This document shows positions 58,700 through 64,000 of a stretch of 64,000 bases of DNA, piece by piece (position 1 is the stretch's first letter; every line of letters begins with the position of its first letter). The notes under the pieces are model-generated. The model was not told the DNA's origin, did no database searches, and saw only the letters and a program-made list of their open reading frames with translations. The DNA comes from Eledone cirrhosa (Eukaryota). Location of the stretch: positions 372,372,001 through 372,436,000 of the forward strand of contig OZ024742.1 of the NCBI GenBank assembly GCA_964016885.1, in the 5' to 3' direction. The translations under genes were made by a program, and so were the position numbers.

Positions 58700-61600
58700 A
58701 AATCTCATTCTATATACACTGTAAATCTCTTTCTATATAAACTGTAAATCTCATTCTATATAAACTGTAAATCTCATTCTATAAACTGTAAATCTCTTTC
58801 CATATAAACTGTAAATCTCATTCTATATAAGCTGTAAATCTCATTCTATAAACTGTACATCTCTTTCTATATAAACTGTAAATCTCATTCTATATAAACT
58901 GTATATATCATTCTATAAACTGTAAATCTCATTCTATAAACTGTAAATCTCTTTCTATATAAACTGTAAATCTCATTCTATATAAACTGTAAATCTTATT
59001 CTATATTAACTGTAAATCTGATTCTATAAACTGTAAATCTCTTTCTATATAAACTGTAAATCTCATTCTATATAAACTGTAAATCTCTTTCTATATAAAC
59101 TGTAAATCTCATTCTATATAAATTGTAAATCTCATTCTATAAACTGTGAATCGCATTCTATATAAACTGTAAATCTCATTCTATAAACTGTAAATCTCAT
59201 TCTATGAGCTGTAAATCTCTTTCTATATAAACTGTAAATCTCATTCTATATAAACTGTAAATCTCATTCTATAAACTGTAAATCTCTTTCTGTATAAACT
59301 GTAAATCTCATTCTATATAAACTATAAATCTCTTTCTATATAAACTGTAAATTTCATTCTATAAACTGTAAATCTCTTTCTATATAAACTGTAAATCTCA
59401 TTCTATATAAACTGTAAATCTCTTTCTATATAAACTGTAAATCTCATTCTATATAAACTGTAAATCTCATTCTATAAACTGTAAATCTCTTTCTATATAA
59501 ACTGTAAATCTCGTTCTATATAATCTGTAAATCTCATTCTATAAACTGTAAATCTCTTTCTATATAAACTGTAAATCTCATTCTATATAAACTGTAAATC
59601 TCTTTCTATATAAACTGTAAATTTCATTCTATAAACTGTAAATCTCTTTCTATATAAACTGTAAATCTCATTCTATATAAACTGTAAATCTCTTTCTATA
59701 TAAACTGTAAATCTCGTTCTATATAAGCTGTAAATCTCATTCTATAAACTGTAAATCTCATTCTATATAAACTGTAAATCTCATTCTATAAACTGTAAAT
59801 CTCTTTCTATATAAACTGTAAATCTCATTCTATATAATCTGTAAATCTCATTCTATAAACTGTACATCTCATTCTATATAAACTGTAAATCTCTTTCTAT
59901 ATAAACTGTAAATCTCATTCTATATAAACTGTTAATCTCATTCTATAAACTGTAAATCTCTTTCTATATAAACTGTAAATCTCATTCTATATAAGCTGTA
60001 AATCTCTTTCTATAAACTGTAAATCTCTTTCTATATAAACTGTAAATCTCATTCTATTTAAACTGTATATATCATTCTATAAACTGTAACTCTCTGTCTA
60101 TAAACTGTAAATCTCGTTCTATATAAACTGTAAATCTCTTTCCATATGAACTGTAAATCTCTTTCTATATAAACTCTGAATCTCATTCTATATAAGCTGT
60201 AAATCTCATTCTATGAACTGTAAATCTCTTTCTATATAAACTGTAAATCTCATTCTATATAAACTGTGAATCTCTTTCTATATAAACTGTAAATCTCATT
60301 CTATATAAACTATAAATCTCATTCTATATAAACTGTAAATCTCTTTCTATATGAACTGTAAATCTCATTATATATAAATTGTAAATCTCATTCTATAAAC
60401 TGTGAATCTCATTCTATATAAACTGTAAATCTCATTCTATATACACTGTAAATCTCTTTCTATATAAACTGTAAATCTCATTCTATATAAACTGTAAATC
60501 TCATTCTATAAACTGTAAATCTCTTTCTATATAAACTGTAAATCTCATTCTATAAACTGTAAATCTCTTTCTATATAAACTGTAAATCTCATTCTATAAA
60601 AACTGTGAATCTCATTCTATAAACTGTAAATCTCTTTCTATATAAACTGTAAATATCATTCTATATACACTGTAAATCTCTTTCTATATAAACTGTAAAT
60701 CTCATTCTATATAAACTGTAAATCTCATTCTATAAACTGTAAATCTCTTTCCATATAAACTGTAAATCTCATTCTATATAAGCTGTAAATCTCATTCTAT
60801 AAACTGTACATCTCTTTCTATATAAACTGTAAATCTCATTCTATATAAACTGTATATATCATTCTATAAACTGTAAATCTCATTCTATAAACTGTAAATC
60901 TCTTTCTATATAAACTGTAAATCTCATTCTATATAAACTGTAAATCTTATTCTATATTAACTGTAAATCTGATTCTATAAACTGTAAATCTCTTTCTATA
61001 TAAACTGTAAATCTCATTCTATATAAACTGTAAATCTCTTTCTATATAAACTGTAAATCTAATTCTATATAAACTGTAAATCTCATTCTATAAACTGTAA
61101 ATCTCTTTCTATATAAACTCTTAATCTCATTCTATATAAACTGTAAATCTCATTCTATAAACTGTAAATCTCATTCTATATTAACTGTAAATCTCTTTCT
61201 ATATAACCTGTAAATCTCTTTCTATATAACCTGTAAATCTCTTTCTATATAAACTGTAAATCTCATGCTATAGACTGTAAATCTCATTCTATATGAACTG
61301 TAAATCTCTTTCTATATAAACTGTAAATCTCATTCTATATAAACTGTAAATCGCATTCTATATAATCTGTAAATCTCATTCGATAAACTGTAAATCTTTT
61401 TCTAAATAAACTGTAAATCTCATTCTATATAAACTGTAAATCTCTTTCTATATAAACTGTAAATTTCATTCTATAAACTGTAAATCTCTTTCTATATAAA
61501 CTGTAAATCTCATTCTATATAAACTGTAAATCTCTTTCTATATAAACTGTAAATCTCATTCTATATAAAGTGAATCTCATTCTATATAAACTGTAAATCT

Positions 61601-64000
61601 CTTTCTATATAAACTGTAAATCTCATTCTATATAAACTGTGAATCTCTTTCTATATAAACTGTAAATCTCATTCTATATAAACTGTAAATCTCTTTCTAT
61701 ATAAACTGTAAATCTCATTCTATATAAACTGTGAATCTCATTCTATAAACTGTAAATCTCATTCTATAAACTGTAAATCTCTTTCCATATAAACTGTAAA
61801 TCTCATTCTATATAAGCTGTAAATCTCATTCTATAAACTGTACATCTCTTTCTATATAAACTGTAAATCTCATTCTATATAAACTGTATATATCATTCTA
61901 TAAACTGTAAATCTCATTCTATAAACTGTAAATCTCTTTCTATATAAACTGTAAATCTCATTCTATATAAACTGTAAATCTCATTCTATATTAACTGTAA
62001 ATCTGATTTTATAAACTGTAAATCTCTTTCTATATAAACTGTAAATCTCATTCTATATAAACTGTAAATCTCTTTCTATATAAACTGTAAATCTCATTCT
62101 ATATAAATTGTAAATCTCATTCTATAAACTGTGAATCGCATTCTATATAAACTGTAAATCTCATTCTATAAACTGTAACTCTCATTCTATGAGCTGTAAA
62201 TCTCTTTCTATATAAACTGTAAATCTTATTCTATATAAACTGTAAATCTCATTCTATAAACTGTAAATCTCTTTCTGTATAAACTGTAAATCTCATTCTA
62301 TATAAACTATAAATCTCTTTCTATATAAACTGTAAATTTCATTCTATAAACTGTAAATCTCTTTCTATATAAACTGTAAATCTCATTCTATATAAACTGT
62401 AAATCTCTTTCTATATAAAATGTAAATCTCATTCTATATAAACTGTAAATCTCATTCTATAAACTGTAAATCTCTTTCTATATAAACTGTAAATCTCGTT
62501 CTATATAATCTGTAAATCTCATTCTATAAACTGTAAATCTCTTTCTATATAAACTGTAAATCTCATTCTATATAAACTGTAAATCTCTTTCTATATAAAC
62601 TGTAAATTTCATTCTATAAACTGTAAATCTCTTTCTATATAAACTGTAAATCTCATTCTATATAAACTGTAAATCTCTTTCTATATAAACTGTAAATCTC
62701 GTTCTATATAAGCTGTAAATCTCATTCTATAAACTGTAAATCTCATTCTATATAAACTGTAAATCTCATTCTATAAACTGTAAATCTCTTTCTATATAAA
62801 CTGTAAATCTCATTCTATATAATCTGTAAATCTCATTCTATAAACTGTACATCTCATTCTATATAAACTGTAAATCTCTTTCTATATAAACTGTAAATCT
62901 CATTCTATATAAACTGTTAATCTCATTCTATAAACTGTAAATCTCATTCTATATAAGCTGTAAATCTCTTTCTATAAACTGTAAATCTCTTTCTATATAA
63001 ACTGTAAATCTCATTCTATTTAAACTGTATATATCATTCTATAAACTGTAACTCTCTGTCTATAAACTGTAAATCTCGTTCTATATAAACTGTAAATCTC
63101 TTTCCATATGAACTGTAAATCTCTTTCTATATAAACTCTGAATCTCATTCTATATAAGCTGTAAATCTCATTCTATGAACTGTAAATCTCTTTCTATATA
63201 AACTGTAAATCTCATTCAATATAAACTGTGAATCTCTTTCTATATAAACTGTAAATATCATTCTATATAAACTGTAAATCTCTTTCTATATAAACTGTAA
63301 ATCTCATTCTATATAAACTGTGAATCTCATTCTATAAACTGTAAATCTCTTTCTATATAAACTGTAAATATCATTCTATATACACTGTAAATCTCTTTCT
63401 ATATAAACTGTAAATCTCATTCTATATAAACTGTAAATCTCATTCTATAAACTGTAAATCTCTTTCTATATAAACTGTAAATCTCGTTCTATATAAGCTG
63501 TAAATCTCATTCTATAAACTGTAAATCTCTTTCTATATAAACTGTAAATCTCATTCTATATAAACTGTATATATCATGCTATAAACTGTAAATCTCATTC
63601 TATAAACTGTAAATCTCTTTCTATATAAACTGTAAATCTCATTCTATATAAACTGTAAATCTCTTTCTATATGAACTGTAAATCTCATTATATATAAATT
63701 GTAAATCTCATTCTATAAACTGTGAATCTCATTCTATATAAACTGTAAATCTCATTCTATATACACTGTAAATCTCTTTCTATATAAACTGTAAATCTCA
63801 TTCTATATAAACTGTAAATCTCATTCTATAAACTGTAAATCTCTTTCCATATAAACTGTAAATCTCATTCTATATAAGCTGTAAATCTCATTCTATAAAC
63901 TGTACATCTCTTTCTATATAAACTGTAAATCTCATTCTATATAAACTGTATATATCATTCTATAAACTGTACATCTCTTTCTATATAAGCTGTAAATCTC
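58700..64000. repeat. Imperfect duplication with an offset of ~2.96-2.99 kb
   Basis: tatgagctg 59206/62191 (offset 2985) and gtaactctctgt 60086/63048 (offset 2962, one monomer less). Confidence 0.65.

Larger units (their letters stand above)
1..64000. repeat. Satellite DNA array of 23/21-bp monomers, consensus AAACTGTAAATCTC(A/T)TTCTAT(AT), about 2,850-2,900 copies, continuing beyond both window edges
   Basis: Every line consists of this unit, e.g. aaactgtaaatctctttctatat at 6-28 followed by aaactgtaaatctcattctatat at 29-51. The A-type consensus contains 9 A, 9 T, 4 C and 1 G. Most monomers differ from consensus by 0-2 substitutions. No inversion or foreign insert was seen. Confidence 0.99.

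Noticed and set aside
1-64000. CRISPR array
   Set aside because: Repeats abut directly with no unique spacers, leader or cas genes.
1-64000. Repetitive protein-coding ORF on either strand
   Set aside because: The plus strand has two TAA per monomer and the minus strand has TAG, plus TGA in A-type units. The 23-bp units shift frame, so every frame closes within a few monomers under the standard code. Non-triplet indels also argue against coding under a TAA/TAG-reassigned code.
1-64000. Telomerase-made long telomeric repeat, as in the 23-25-bp repeats of some budding yeasts
   Set aside because: The unit length is similar, but there is no G-rich core. Variants are inherited in kb-scale blocks, which indicates recombinational copying and not templated addition. 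A subtelomeric location is not excluded.
1-64000. ctcAtt monomers as CpG-deamination products of ctcGtt
   Set aside because: The reciprocal product ctTGtt was not noticed, and the G form is a minority tied to fixed contexts, so it is more simply a derived variant.
1-64000. Information-encoding or synthetic pattern in the A/T and 21/23 states, or a pure sequencing artefact
   Set aside because: The state order is explained by nested duplications with shared rare variants. Random error would not recur at exact offsets. Copy numbers still need read validation.
1-64000. Plasmid or phage iterons, or other prokaryotic repeat regions
   Set aside because: The monomer size resembles iterons, but those occur as a few copies beside a rep gene, not as thousands of copies without any gene.

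Overview
The whole 64 kb window is one uninterrupted, head-to-tail, AT-rich (~22% GC) satellite array. Its consensus monomer is the 23-bp AAACTGTAAATCTC[A/T]TTCTATAT, interleaved with a 21-bp form that lacks one TA, giving roughly 2,850-2,900 monomers (estimated as 64,000/~22.3). The array runs off both ends and every unit I read is in the same orientation. I found no genes, RNA genes, transposons, CRISPR spacers or unique sequence. The information is in the variants: (1) a short-range ordering rule (T23-A23-A21 = 67 bp, T23-A23 = 46 bp); (2) a recurring cassette of variant monomers seen 27 times; (3) nested kb-scale duplications with offsets of 802, 1055, 1323, 1415, 1616, 1947, 2563, 3015, 4595, 6258/6421 and ~24,400 bp, measured by hand from rare marker variants; (4) two sub-family domains that switch near 33.3 kb, with an island of the left type at ~52-57.6 kb. 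The pattern is typical of eukaryotic heterochromatic satellite, but I do not recognise the family or the organism. I see no support for a new protein-coding system here. Functional ideas (PUF/Pumilio elements, TATA density, centromeric or telomeric role) are speculation. Block boundaries are approximate to within a few monomers.
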